This document shows, piece by piece, positions 1-7,361 of a stretch of 25,784 nt of DNA (within the stretch, counting starts at the first letter, position 1; every line of letters starts with the position of its first letter). The translations under genes and the position numbers were made by a program. This DNA comes from Planctomycetota bacterium. Its GTDB lineage: Bacteria; Planctomycetota; PLA2; JAEUHO01. The stretch is taken from NCBI GenBank assembly GCA_050248855.1, contig JBFWRP010000042.1:1-25784 (forward strand), in the 5' to 3' direction. The notes beneath the pieces are model-generated. The model saw nothing but the letters and a program-made list of their open reading frames with translations, ran no database searches and was not told the origin of the DNA.

Positions 1-210
1 GTCGCGCTGACCGGTCCAGATTCGCCCGTTGTAGGAGACCCGCGCGATCGTCCTGTTCGCCGCGTTTCGCACGTCGGCGCTCTCAAGCCCCCAGCCCGAG
101 AAGCCGAGGTTGTTGCCGTCGAGGTACTCCCGCACGGCGCGGGAGGCAGCGGCGAGCGTGGCGACGCCGACCCATGTGCCCGGTGCGATGCGGACCCTGA
201 GGGCGGTCAT
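1..210 (-). CDS. Small hypothetical phage/plasmid-type protein, runs off the window edge (MTALRVRIAPG...ARVSYNGRIWTG)
   Basis: Not in the ORF track. ATG at 210 overlaps the TGA of the upstream ORF (ATGA at 210-207). The frame is open to position 1 and has GC-typical codon usage. Confidence 0.6.
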   Translation of the reverse strand, partial: MTALRVRIAPGTWVGVATLAAASRAVREYLDGNNLGFSGWGLESADVRNAANRTIARVSYNGRIWTGQRD

Positions 211-449
211 CGCGCACGACCCTTCGTCAGCGGCGTCCAGACGGTGCGCATGGCATCGTCGGCCGTGGGTGCGCGGAAGGCGCGAGCCGTGCGGCGTTCC
301 CGCTTGAAGGCCGCCACCGCGTCCTCGTAGGCAGCCTGCTGCGCGGGCGTCCGACTCGTCATGTCGCGGAGGCGTCGCGCGCAGGCCAGGGTGCGGTCAG
401 CAGCCGCACGCTCGCACGCGCTCTGCATGGTCTCGGCGTGGCGCGTCAC
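207..449 (-). CDS. Small hypothetical protein (~80 aa, VTRHAETMQSAC...KGRAR)
   Basis: GTG at 449 overlaps the DUF2924 stop (GTGA), and its TGA overlaps the next ATG. Coupled on both sides. Confidence 0.55.
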   Translation of the reverse strand: MTRHAETMQSACERAAADRTLACARRLRDMTSRTPAQQAAYEDAVAAFKRERRTARAFRAPTADDAMRTVWTPLTKGRAR

Positions 450-790
450 GCGGCACCACCCTTCGCGCCGGTCCCGAAGAAGCGCGGGCCCGAGATCGCC
501 CTGTAGCCCGTGATCGCCAGCGCGACCGCCGTGAGCGAGGCGTACGCCTTGCCCTTGTAGAGGTACCCGTCGGCCGTGACCTGCACGGCGAGCTTCTCGC
601 CCTTGTAGGTCTTCTCGAGCACGCTCCCCGTCGCGGGCAGGCGCGGATCGCGCGGCTTCGTCGTGCTCGGTGCCGTCGGCGCGGTGGCCTTGGGCTTCGT
701 CGTGCGCCTTGTGGCGGCCTCCTTCGCCGCCGGCTTCTTCGCCTTGGCCGGGCGTTTCGACGGCGTCTTCTTCTTCGTGGTCTTCGCCAT
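446..790 (-). CDS. DUF2924 domain protein with Lys/Ala-rich N-terminus
   Basis: RDPRLPATGSVLEKTYKG...VTADGYLYKGKAYASLTAVALAITG...SGPRFFG matches the DUF2924 pattern. AAGGAG RBS precedes ATG 790. Confidence 0.85.
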   Translation of the reverse strand: MAKTTKKKTPSKRPAKAKKPAAKEAATRRTTKPKATAPTAPSTTKPRDPRLPATGSVLEKTYKGEKLAVQVTADGYLYKGKAYASLTAVALAITGYRAISGPRFFGTGAKGGAA

Positions 791-858
791 GGTCGTAGCT
801 CCTTGCGGCGGGGGACTCCCGCCGTCGAACGCGATCAGGGCTCGCGCGGGGGAACACC

Positions 859-1050
859 TCAAGGTCCTTCTCCCGCTGCCCGCGGCGCCCATTCCTGGCG
901 CTCAGGGGCGCCGCTTCGCTGTTGTGAGGCTCGGCTCTGTGCGCACTGGCTCGCCTCGGCGCAGAGGCGCACGTAGCCCCGCGCGAGGATCTGCGCGAGC
1001 TCGCGCTGAATCTCCTCGGGCGACGGGTTGCGGCGGTCGGCGGCGCTCAT
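859..1050 (-). CDS. Small hypothetical protein (ELAQILARGYVRL motif) of the type found upstream of DUF2924 genes
   Basis: ATGA overlap with the helicase stop at 1047-1050. Amphipathic helix motif. Confidence 0.55.
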   Translation of the reverse strand: MSAADRRNPSPEEIQRELAQILARGYVRLCAEASQCAQSRASQQRSGAPERQEWAPRAAGEGP

Positions 1051-2405
1051 GCCGCAGCCCTCCGCCCGTGCTCGGCGCCGGGGATGACGGCAGTGCGACC
1101 CCCGCGGGCGGACGTGGCGTTTCCTGCCCCGGGGCAGGCGAGCATCCCGCGCCGGTTGGTGTTCTTCCCTCGCGCTTCCGTTTCTGTTCCCGTTCCCGCC
1201 TTCATATGAAGGGCGGGAACAGCGGGACCAGAAACGTCAGCGGCTCGAGGCGGGGGTTGGAATCCTGCCCCGGGAACACCGGGGGCAGGTTCGGGACCGG
1301 AATCGGTTTCGCCCGGCGAGGACGGGTCGGGTGCGCGCGGCGGGGGTGTACCGAGGGCCGCATAGAGGTACGGATCGCCCCGCTTCCCTTCGCCCATTCG
1401 GGCCACCCTTCGGGCGTGAGCCAGGGCAGTGAGCGTCGTGCGGATGTCCCCTCCCCGCTTCGGGATCTCCGTGACGATGTCCTTGGAGGGAAACCACTGA
1501 CCGCGGCGGGCTCGCAGGAAGGCGAGGATGGCCGCCTCGACCTCCTCGCCCTGGACCTTGCGCGCGTCGCCCACCAGCTCGAAGCGGGCGGGACCCGCCT
1601 CAGGCTGGACGAGCTCGACCACGACGTCCCGCACCCCGACCGCCCGAGACTCGATGTGCAAGAGCCTGCGGTTGGGTTGGCCCTCTGTGCCTTCGTTACG
1701 TACCTCGATGGTCGCCTCGACCGCCCCGGCGATGGCCGAGGAGCCCCGGGCAGCCACGCCGCCCTCGCGGTCCTTGGCCTTCCCGACGTGGTGGATCAGG
1801 AGGACGGCGAGGCCCTGGTCCGCGGCCTCCTGCAGCGGGCGGAGCGCCTTGATGACCGTGCCCGCGTCGTTCTCGGACGCGCCCTCGAGCGCCGCCCAGA
1901 AGGCGAAGGTGTCCACGACAAGCAGACGGTGCCCGCGCGCAAGGGCGAGCGCGGTGCCCTCGCGCATGAGGGCGGCCCACTCGGGCACGCCCGCGAGCAC
2001 ACCGCGCGACAGGACGACGCCGTGGCCCGGGTCCATGCCGAAGCGGCGGATCCGCTCGGCCAGGTCGTGGTCGCCCTCCTCGGAGAGGATCACCGCGCCG
2101 GTGCGCGGGAGCAGGGCCCCGAGGAAGAGGTAGCCGAGCTCGGCCGCCGCGACGATGGCCCAGGCGAGCGTCGTCTTGCCGCCGCGCTTGGCAAGCCCGA
2201 CGAGTTGGACCAGGGCCCCGAAAGGAATCAGGTCGGGGACGAGCCACTCGCGGGGCTTCTCCTCGGTGGCGCTGAGGATTTCGCCGTAGGTGCGCCAGCG
2301 AAGCCCCGCGGGAGCGGAGGCGCCGCCGATCGGATCCGCATCCTCGAACGGGTCCGGGGGCAGCGTGCCATCGCGGGCGCGGTCGTTCTCGTCGCGCGGG
2401 CTCAC
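1047..2405 (-). CDS. RepA-like (AAA_25, RecA-fold) replicative helicase/ATPase
   Basis: Walker A GLAKRGGKTT, Walker B LLVVDT, LLIHHVGK and RGSSAIAG motifs, probable winged HTH after the ATPase domain. GTGA overlap with the upstream gene. Confidence 0.85.
   Translation of the reverse strand: MSPRDENDRARDGTLPPDPFEDADPIGGASAPAGLRWRTYGEILSATEEKPREWLVPDLIPFGALVQLVGLAKRGGKTTLAWAIVAAAELGYLFLGALLPRTGAVILSEEGDHDLAERIRRFGMDPGHGVVLSRGVLAGVPEWAALMREGTALALARGHRLLVVDTFAFWAALEGASENDAGTVIKALRPLQEAADQGLAVLLIHHVGKAKDREGGVAARGSSAIAGAVEATIEVRNEGTEGQPNRRLLHIESRAVGVRDVVVELVQPEAGPARFELVGDARKVQGEEVEAAILAFLRARRGQWFPSKDIVTEIPKRGGDIRTTLTALAHARRVARMGEGKRGDPYLYAALGTPPPRAPDPSSPGETDSGPEPAPGVPGAGFQPPPRAADVSGPAVPALHMKAGTGTETEARGKNTNRRGMLACPGAGNATSARGGRTAVIPGAEHGRRAAA
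1123..1289. repeat. Nested palindromic structure within the helicase 3' end, candidate replication origin
   Basis: Imperfect ~58-bp inverted repeat at 1179-1236 centred on TTCATATGAA (1201-1210). It is flanked almost symmetrically by CCTGCCCC/GGGGCAGG inverted pairs at 1123-1138 and 1264-1289. The repeat is seen directly; origin function is inferred. Confidence 0.6.
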
Positions 2406-3376
2406 GAGGCCTCCGATCGCCGGGAGCGGAACACCTGGCAGCGGGGGGCGAGCGTGCGCGCGATCGCGGTCGCGTACTTCTCACCGGGTTCGTCGTGATG
2501 GGTGCGGAGCGCGACGCGCGCGCCGGTGGGAATGCGCGCAGCGATCGCCTCGGTCCAGGCGCCCGACTCGACGCCGAAGACCGCGGGCACCTCCTCGGCC
2601 GCCTCGGAGCGGTTGGTGCCCCACGTGAGGAAGTCGGGCTCCCCCTCGACGACGACGACCGCGCCGTTCCAGGCCTCGGAGCGCTCGCCCCGGAGCAGGA
2701 CCCTGCCCACCAGATCCGCCATCACGGCGCCGCGTGTCGTGTGGCCTGCAGGAGCAAGCGACTTCGGCTCGACACCAGCCACGACGGCGCGGGCGCGAAG
2801 CGAGGCGAGGTTCCCGTCGGCGTCGTAGAGCGGGATGATCAGGCGGTGTCCGCTATGGGGCCACGCGCTGCCGGCGCCCCAAGCCCACGCCGGAAGCGGC
2901 GCGTCGGCGGGTAGAGCGCGTGCCAGGACCTCGAGCTCGACCGTGTCGGGATCGAGTCCGCGTCCCTCGATCCAGGCGGACACCTCGGCGTCCTCGACCA
3001 CCGAGCCGCAGTTGGCCCAGAGCGAGGCGACCTGGTCCTGCGGCGGGAGGCGCCGGACTGTGCGAGGGACATCCCTGTCGGGAACGTGGCCACCCGCAGT
3101 GTGCGTGGGGTGCCGGGGATCGTCGGCGCCGTGCCGAAGGGCACGTCGGATGACGGAGCGGGCCTCCTGTTCGCCAAGCCCACAGGCCTCGGCCGCCGTG
3201 ATGAGCAGCGTCTCGACCTCCTCCTCAGTGAGAACACCGCCCCCCACGAGCCGTCCGAGGCCGTACGCCTCGTTGCGGAGCGTTCGATTGCGCGTGCCAG
3301 CGTTGGCCGTGCTCACGCGGAGGGTTGCGATGGCCAACGCCGAGCGGGCGTAGGCCGGCATCGAGGCCGTCGTCAT
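2402..3376 (-). CDS. Primase-like protein: N-terminal PriCT-like helical domain plus C-terminal TOPRIM domain
   Basis: GTRNRTLRNEAYGLGRLVGGG (PriCT-like), WIEGRGLD, RLIIPLYDADGNLASLRAR, VVVEGEPDFL (TOPRIM Glu), THHDEPGEKYA. ATG 3376 with a GAGG RBS. Directly upstream of the helicase. Confidence 0.7.
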   Translation of the reverse strand: MTTASMPAYARSALAIATLRVSTANAGTRNRTLRNEAYGLGRLVGGGVLTEEEVETLLITAAEACGLGEQEARSVIRRALRHGADDPRHPTHTAGGHVPDRDVPRTVRRLPPQDQVASLWANCGSVVEDAEVSAWIEGRGLDPDTVELEVLARALPADAPLPAWAWGAGSAWPHSGHRLIIPLYDADGNLASLRARAVVAGVEPKSLAPAGHTTRGAVMADLVGRVLLRGERSEAWNGAVVVVEGEPDFLTWGTNRSEAAEEVPAVFGVESGAWTEAIAARIPTGARVALRTHHDEPGEKYATAIARTLAPRCQVFRSRRSEAS

Positions 3377-3404
3377 CGCTCGCCTCTCGGATCGCCGGGG
3401 CCGC

Positions 3405-3620
3405 TCACGGCCGCCTCCCCTCGCGCGGGGCGGGTGCGTGCTCGCGGTCAGACGCGAGCCGGAGCGCGAGCACGCGCACGGACTCCGCATCCCACAACCA
3501 CGCGCCACCGCAGCGCGTCGCGGGAACGCGCGCCGCGCGCAGGATTGCGATCGTCTCGGCCGCCGTGCGGGCCCCAAGGACCTCGCGGGCCTCTCGTGTC
3601 GTGAGTCGGGTGTCATTCAT
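3405..3620 (-). CDS. Excisionase/AlpA-like small HTH DNA-binding protein
   Basis: LTTREAREVLG...VPATRCGGAWLWDAESV is a MerR-like/HTH_17 winged-helix pattern. TGATG overlap with the upstream stop. Confidence 0.65.
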   Translation of the reverse strand: MNDTRLTTREAREVLGARTAAETIAILRAARVPATRCGGAWLWDAESVRVLALRLASDREHAPAPREGRRP

Positions 3621-4654
3621 CACGACACCACGCTGCACGAGGACGGTGTGCCTGTCAGTTCCCCCTTGGTTCCCCTTTGGTTCCCGTCGAGGGGCGCAAC
3701 GAGGAGCCCCCCTCCCTCGACTCGGTGCACGATGCCGCGCGCCTCGAGCACGCGGAGATCACGAAGGACGGTCCGCTTCGCCCGTCGGAGATCGAGCGCG
3801 AGCAGGTCCAGGGACCGCGCGACGGGTGTCGCGAGCAGGTAGGCCCACAGGGCGCGCTGGCTCGCTGACGGCACGAACCGTGCGCGCGGAACGTCGCCAA
3901 GGGCGTCGCGAATCGCGCCGAGGGTCGCGGCGTCGGCCATCCGAAGCACCGCGAGGACCGCGGCGGCGGATAGTGGTAATGGCGGCTCGTCGCCCGAAGG
4001 TGGCGGGTCGCCGCCGCTCTCAGCCGTCTCGGTCGTCGTCGTGACAGCCGGGGCGGGGCGCGACCGTGCGGACCTACGAGGCGCCCGGGGACGCGATGTG
4101 CGGGGCCTGGAGGCGGGGCGCCGAGGCGCCGCCCGCGGATGATCCTCGGCATGCGCGAGGATCTTGTGCTCCGCGTCTTCCCTCGCGCGGATCGCGCGGT
4201 CGAGATCCTCCTGCGCGCGGCGGTAGGACTCGTTGGAGACGCTGCATGCGTACTCCTGCGCGTGGTCCTCCATCGCGCCGACGGACCGCGACGCCTCCGC
4301 TTCCTCGCGCACCCTCTCGCAAAGGGAGTCCAGCAGGGACGGATCCATGTCCTCGCCCGCGGCCTCGTAGACGGCATCGAACGCCCGGGCGAGCTCACGT
4401 CGGGCCCGTTCCCTGCGCGCCTGCGCGAGCGGTTTGAGGTCGCCGTAGCGAACGACCGTCCTACGCCCCCCCGGCTCGAGGTTCGTGCAGTACACCGCGT
4501 CCGGGGGCCTTCCCCACGGGCTGTGCTCGACGTTCTGCACGGCTGCGGCGGCCGCCACGTCCTCGACGAACGCCTCGCGCAGCGTGTCGAGCAGCCTGCA
4601 CAGCTCGAGGTGGTCGGAGGCGGCCTGTCCCCCCGAGCGAATAGCCTCCGCCAT
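3620..4654 (-). CDS. Hypothetical protein with C-terminal winged HTH (probable regulator)
   Basis: SASQRALWAYL...SLDLLALDLRRAKRTVLRDLRVLEARGIVHRVEGGG resembles a DeoR/HTH_11-like wHTH. GGAGA RBS precedes ATG 4654. Confidence 0.6.
   Translation of the reverse strand: MAEAIRSGGQAASDHLELCRLLDTLREAFVEDVAAAAAVQNVEHSPWGRPPDAVYCTNLEPGGRRTVVRYGDLKPLAQARRERARRELARAFDAVYEAAGEDMDPSLLDSLCERVREEAEASRSVGAMEDHAQEYACSVSNESYRRAQEDLDRAIRAREDAEHKILAHAEDHPRAAPRRPASRPRTSRPRAPRRSARSRPAPAVTTTTETAESGGDPPPSGDEPPLPLSAAAVLAVLRMADAATLGAIRDALGDVPRARFVPSASQRALWAYLLATPVARSLDLLALDLRRAKRTVLRDLRVLEARGIVHRVEGGGLLVAPLDGNQRGTKGELTGTPSSCSVVS
3658..3685. repeat. 11-bp tandem direct repeat GTTCCCCYTTG x2.5
   Basis: GTTCCCCCTTG (3658-3668), GTTCCCCTTTG (3669-3679), GTTCCC (3680-3685), just upstream of the excisionase-like gene. 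Confidence 0.6.
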
Positions 4655-5000
4655 GTCGGTTCTCCGGGCCGCGCCCCCGGCTGGTCGTTGGGGGTGCGGC
4701 TCCTCTCACTTCGTCGGAGCCGCCCGCGGTTGGCGGCAGTTTCTCCCGTGGGGGGGACCACAGTGTCCACCGGCCCCGCGGACGGTTCCCGTCCGACCTC
4801 CACCCGCCGCCCGATCGACGCCGAACCCACACGTGGCGGGCTCCCGGAGAGCGGGTCAGGTCCGTCAGCCTCGGCCCGGGGAGAGCCAGCGAGGCGGCCC
4901 AACGAGAGACCTGGCTCGCTCAGGGGGGCCTGAGGGCGGCGCTCAACGCCCGAGGTCGGGAGGTGCTGTTGGGAGACGCGTCCCCTGCGAGATTCAACGG

Positions 5001-6785
5001 CTACCGCGACACGCCCTCGAGGAACGTGGCGAACTGCTCCGGATCGAGGAAGCCGTTGTGCCTCGCGAGCACCGCCCCGTCGGCCCCGAGAACCCAGATG
5101 TCGGGCACGCCGTGGACGTCGAGATCGCGCGCGGCAGCCTCGTCCTGTTCCACATCGACCTTCAAGAACTCGAGGCCGGCGAGTAGCTCGCGCACGCGGG
5201 CATCCACGAGCGTCGTCTCCTCGAAGACGCGGCAGAGCCTGCAGAAGGGTCCTCCGAAGTCCACGACGAGGGGGACGCCTCGGGTGCGTGCGCGCGCCAG
5301 GGCCTCTCGTAGGGCGGGTGAGGTCGGCTCCGCCAGTCGCTCGATCTGCTCGGTGCGGGCAGGGGCCTGCTCCAGGAGCGAGGGGGCGTAGCCCAGTTCC
5401 CGGATCGCCGCCAGGACCGGTGCCACGTCGGCCCCTGGCGCCAGTTCCACGGCGAACGTCTCCGAGGGGATATCGAACTCAGCGCTCGAGACCTGCTTGA
5501 GGACGCGCACGGCGTCGAGGACCCCGTTGGGTCACCCGAGTCAGGTGATGCCGAGGGACTTCACCATGCCCGCGGCGCGGATGTGGACCACCCGCCGCTC
5601 CTGTGTCGGCGAAGGCCCGGGTTCTCCGATCGCCTCGACCTCGTAGCCCTGGCCTTCGACCGCTGCTCGCAGGGCCGCCTCCCGTGGCCGAGGCGCCGGT
5701 TCGTACCAGACCCTGGCCGCGCCGCGCTCGTGATCGGCCGCTGCGTCCACGACACCCACGACGTCGAGCAGGGCGGTGCGAACGCCGGCCGCGCACGTCT
5801 CGCACGTCATGCCCGAGATCCGCAGCTCGAGGGACGGCAGGCTGGCGAGTCGTTCATCCTGCGTCGGACCCGTTCCCCCCAGCAGGGCGGACATGGCCGA
5901 TGGGAACGCGATGGAGAAGCCGAGCAACGCGACGGCGACCCAGAAGAAGGCGCGCACCGTGCGGCTCTTGTTTCCCCGCCGGACCTCGCAGCCCGAGCCC
6001 TTCGCGCAGGGCGCGCGGCGCAGGTAGATCAGGTAGAACGAGAATCCGATCAGCATGGGTGCGACGACAAGGAGAACGGGCCTCAATCCCTCGAACGTCG
6101 CAGCCACGCCCGCAGACGAGGCCCCCAAGGCCACCAGCAGCAGCGGGAGCCAGCAGCAGGCCGACGCGCCGATCGCGGTGAGGCCCGAGAGCCCCAGCGC
6201 CGCGAACGTCGTGCGGCCCGTTTCTCGCTCGCGCGTGTCGGGCTCCGAGAGGATGGCGGCTTCGCAGCAGCCTGCGTCCTCCTCGGGACCGGCGCTGCAT
6301 GCCCCCTTGCTTGTCTCACCATCGGGCATCGCCACTGCCGCCTCCTTCTCTGCGCGTCCGACTTCGCGGGCGACGTCGCCTAGGCAGCAGGTGCCCTTCG
6401 GGTTGCTGACCTCGCAGCTGCATTCGCCGGCCTTGACGCGCGCCTTGATGTCGTCGGGGATCGTCGTGCGGCCGTTCCGGACGATGTCATCCCGGATGTC
6501 CTCCACGGTGTGCCCGAAGCAGTAGCAGACCGTGTACGGAGGATCGCGCTCCTTCTCGCCGACACGAACCTTGAGTTCCGACTTCTCGATGGTTCGTCCA
6601 TCGGCGTCGAAGTAGACGACGCCGCAGTCCTGCACCCCGCAGTAGTGCCAGTTCCCCGACAGATCCGCTCGACTCGTATCGAGGACGAGGCTGCGAACCG
6701 TCTCACCGGCAACCGGGCGTCCCGGCGTTCCGGTCGCGGGACAGCGGGGAGTGGACCTACTTGTCGCGGCAGCAGGGGGGCACAT
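5001..6785 (-). CDS. Predicted double-selenocysteine multidomain metal-transport protein (~594 aa): CopZ-type Zn/[2Fe-2S] BFD-like domain + MerT + HMA (CxxC) + HMA (UxxU) + thioredoxin
   Basis: ORFs 5541-6785 and 5001-5510 are in the same frame, joined by ACC TGA CTC GGG TGA CCC AAC GGG GTC CTC GAC GCC. Motifs: YCGVQDCGVVYF/VCYCFG/CSCEVSNPKGTCC; ASACCWLPL with 3 hydrophobic segments; ISGMTCETC; AAGMVKSLGIT-U-LG-U-PNGV...IRELGY; VDFGGPFCRLC...GVP. Domain calls are more certain than the readthrough. Confidence 0.8.
5502..5516 (-). other. Candidate bacterial SECIS hairpin
   Basis: mRNA GACGC-CGUGC-GCGUC: 5-bp stem with G second in the loop. The loop starts 21 nt after the second UGA and 30 nt after the first, within the spacing usual for bacterial SECIS elements. 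Confidence 0.55.
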
Positions 6786-6984
6786 CGCCCTCTGCCTCGT
6801 TCCCCTTTCCGAGGGGGCACTCGTCCGCGCAGATCAACTCCCCGGTGAGGGGGCACTCGATCATGCCGGGACAGTCGGCGCGGTTCGGATCACGCACCGT
6901 GGCGTCGTCGCCACCCGAGGCGGCGATTGCGACGCCACCGCCGATAAGGGCCAGAACTGCAAGGGCAATGAGGGTCTTACGCAC
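6757..6984 (-). CDS. Small secreted Cys-rich protein (75 aa), probable metal binder
   Basis: AAGGAG RBS before GTG 6984. Signal peptide RKTLIALAVLALIGGGVAIAA. CPGMIECPLTGELICADECP...CC (6 Cys). Confidence 0.8.
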   Translation of the reverse strand: MRKTLIALAVLALIGGGVAIAASGGDDATVRDPNRADCPGMIECPLTGELICADECPLGKGNEAEGDVPPCCRDK

Positions 6985-7012
6985 AGGGGGTCTCCTTCTT
7001 GCTGGCGGCTCC

Positions 7013-7288
7013 TCAGAGCCGATAGCCGTACGCGGATGGATTCGAGCGCATCTCTTCCATGAACCGCTCCGGGTCTCCTTGGAACTCTTGAGGGCATCCA
7101 GGGCAGCAGAAGCCGATCTTCTCGCCCTGGTACTCGACCACCAAGCCTGGGTTCTCGGTGTCGATCTCGCCGCCCTGGACGGGACAGATCTTGTTGGCGA
7201 ACCCTGCCTCCCAGGGATCGGCCCGGCCGCAGGCCGAGAGCGAGATGGAAAGCGCCAGGATGGCGATCGTCGCGAGGGTTCTGCGCAT
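7013..7288 (-). CDS. YHS/TRASH-domain metal-binding lipoprotein
   Basis: Lipobox LSAC; NKICPVQGGEI...VEYQGEKIGFCCPGCPQEFQGDPERF. GGAGA RBS before ATG 7288. Confidence 0.85.
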   Translation of the reverse strand: MRRTLATIAILALSISLSACGRADPWEAGFANKICPVQGGEIDTENPGLVVEYQGEKIGFCCPGCPQEFQGDPERFMEEMRSNPSAYGYRL

Positions 7289-7343
7289 GACGGTTCTCCG
7301 TGGTCCTGGCTGCGACCAGGCCGCACGCAGATTCAGACGAGCC

Positions 7344-7355
7344 GTACCTAGGTAC
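7344..7355. promoter_or_regulatory. Second MerR operator-like palindrome GTACCTAGGTAC
   Basis: Identical 12-bp core to the operator upstream of merR. Lies between the merR stop and the YHS gene. Confidence 0.75.
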
Positions 7356-7361
7356 AGGGTT

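Larger units (their letters stand above)
1..4654 (-). mobile_element. Replication/regulation module of a phage satellite or integrative element (partial)
   Basis: Co-directional, mostly translationally coupled order HTH, xis-like, primase, helicase, small ORF, DUF2924. No integrase or structural genes in the window. Confidence 0.6.

Noticed and set aside
663..2498. 611-aa plus-strand ORF
   Set aside because: Antisense shadow of the helicase and DUF2924 genes with no motifs, typical of high-GC DNA.
5001..5510. Stand-alone thioredoxin gene starting at GTG 5510
   Set aside because: It would begin mid-HMA-domain, has no clear RBS, and is in frame with the upstream ORF across two Cys-aligned TGAs.
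5532..5543. TGAs as a genome-wide alternative code (Trp/Gly) or random nonsense mutations
   Set aside because: TGA is a true stop in many ATGA/GTGA overlaps in this window. Two independent nonsense changes landing exactly on both motif cysteines is much less parsimonious than Sec.
4652..7298. Near-identical start context CGGAGAACCGwCATG at genes 4654 and 7288
   Set aside because: Short and explained mostly by shared RBS and ATG. No further similarity, so not called a repeat or att site.
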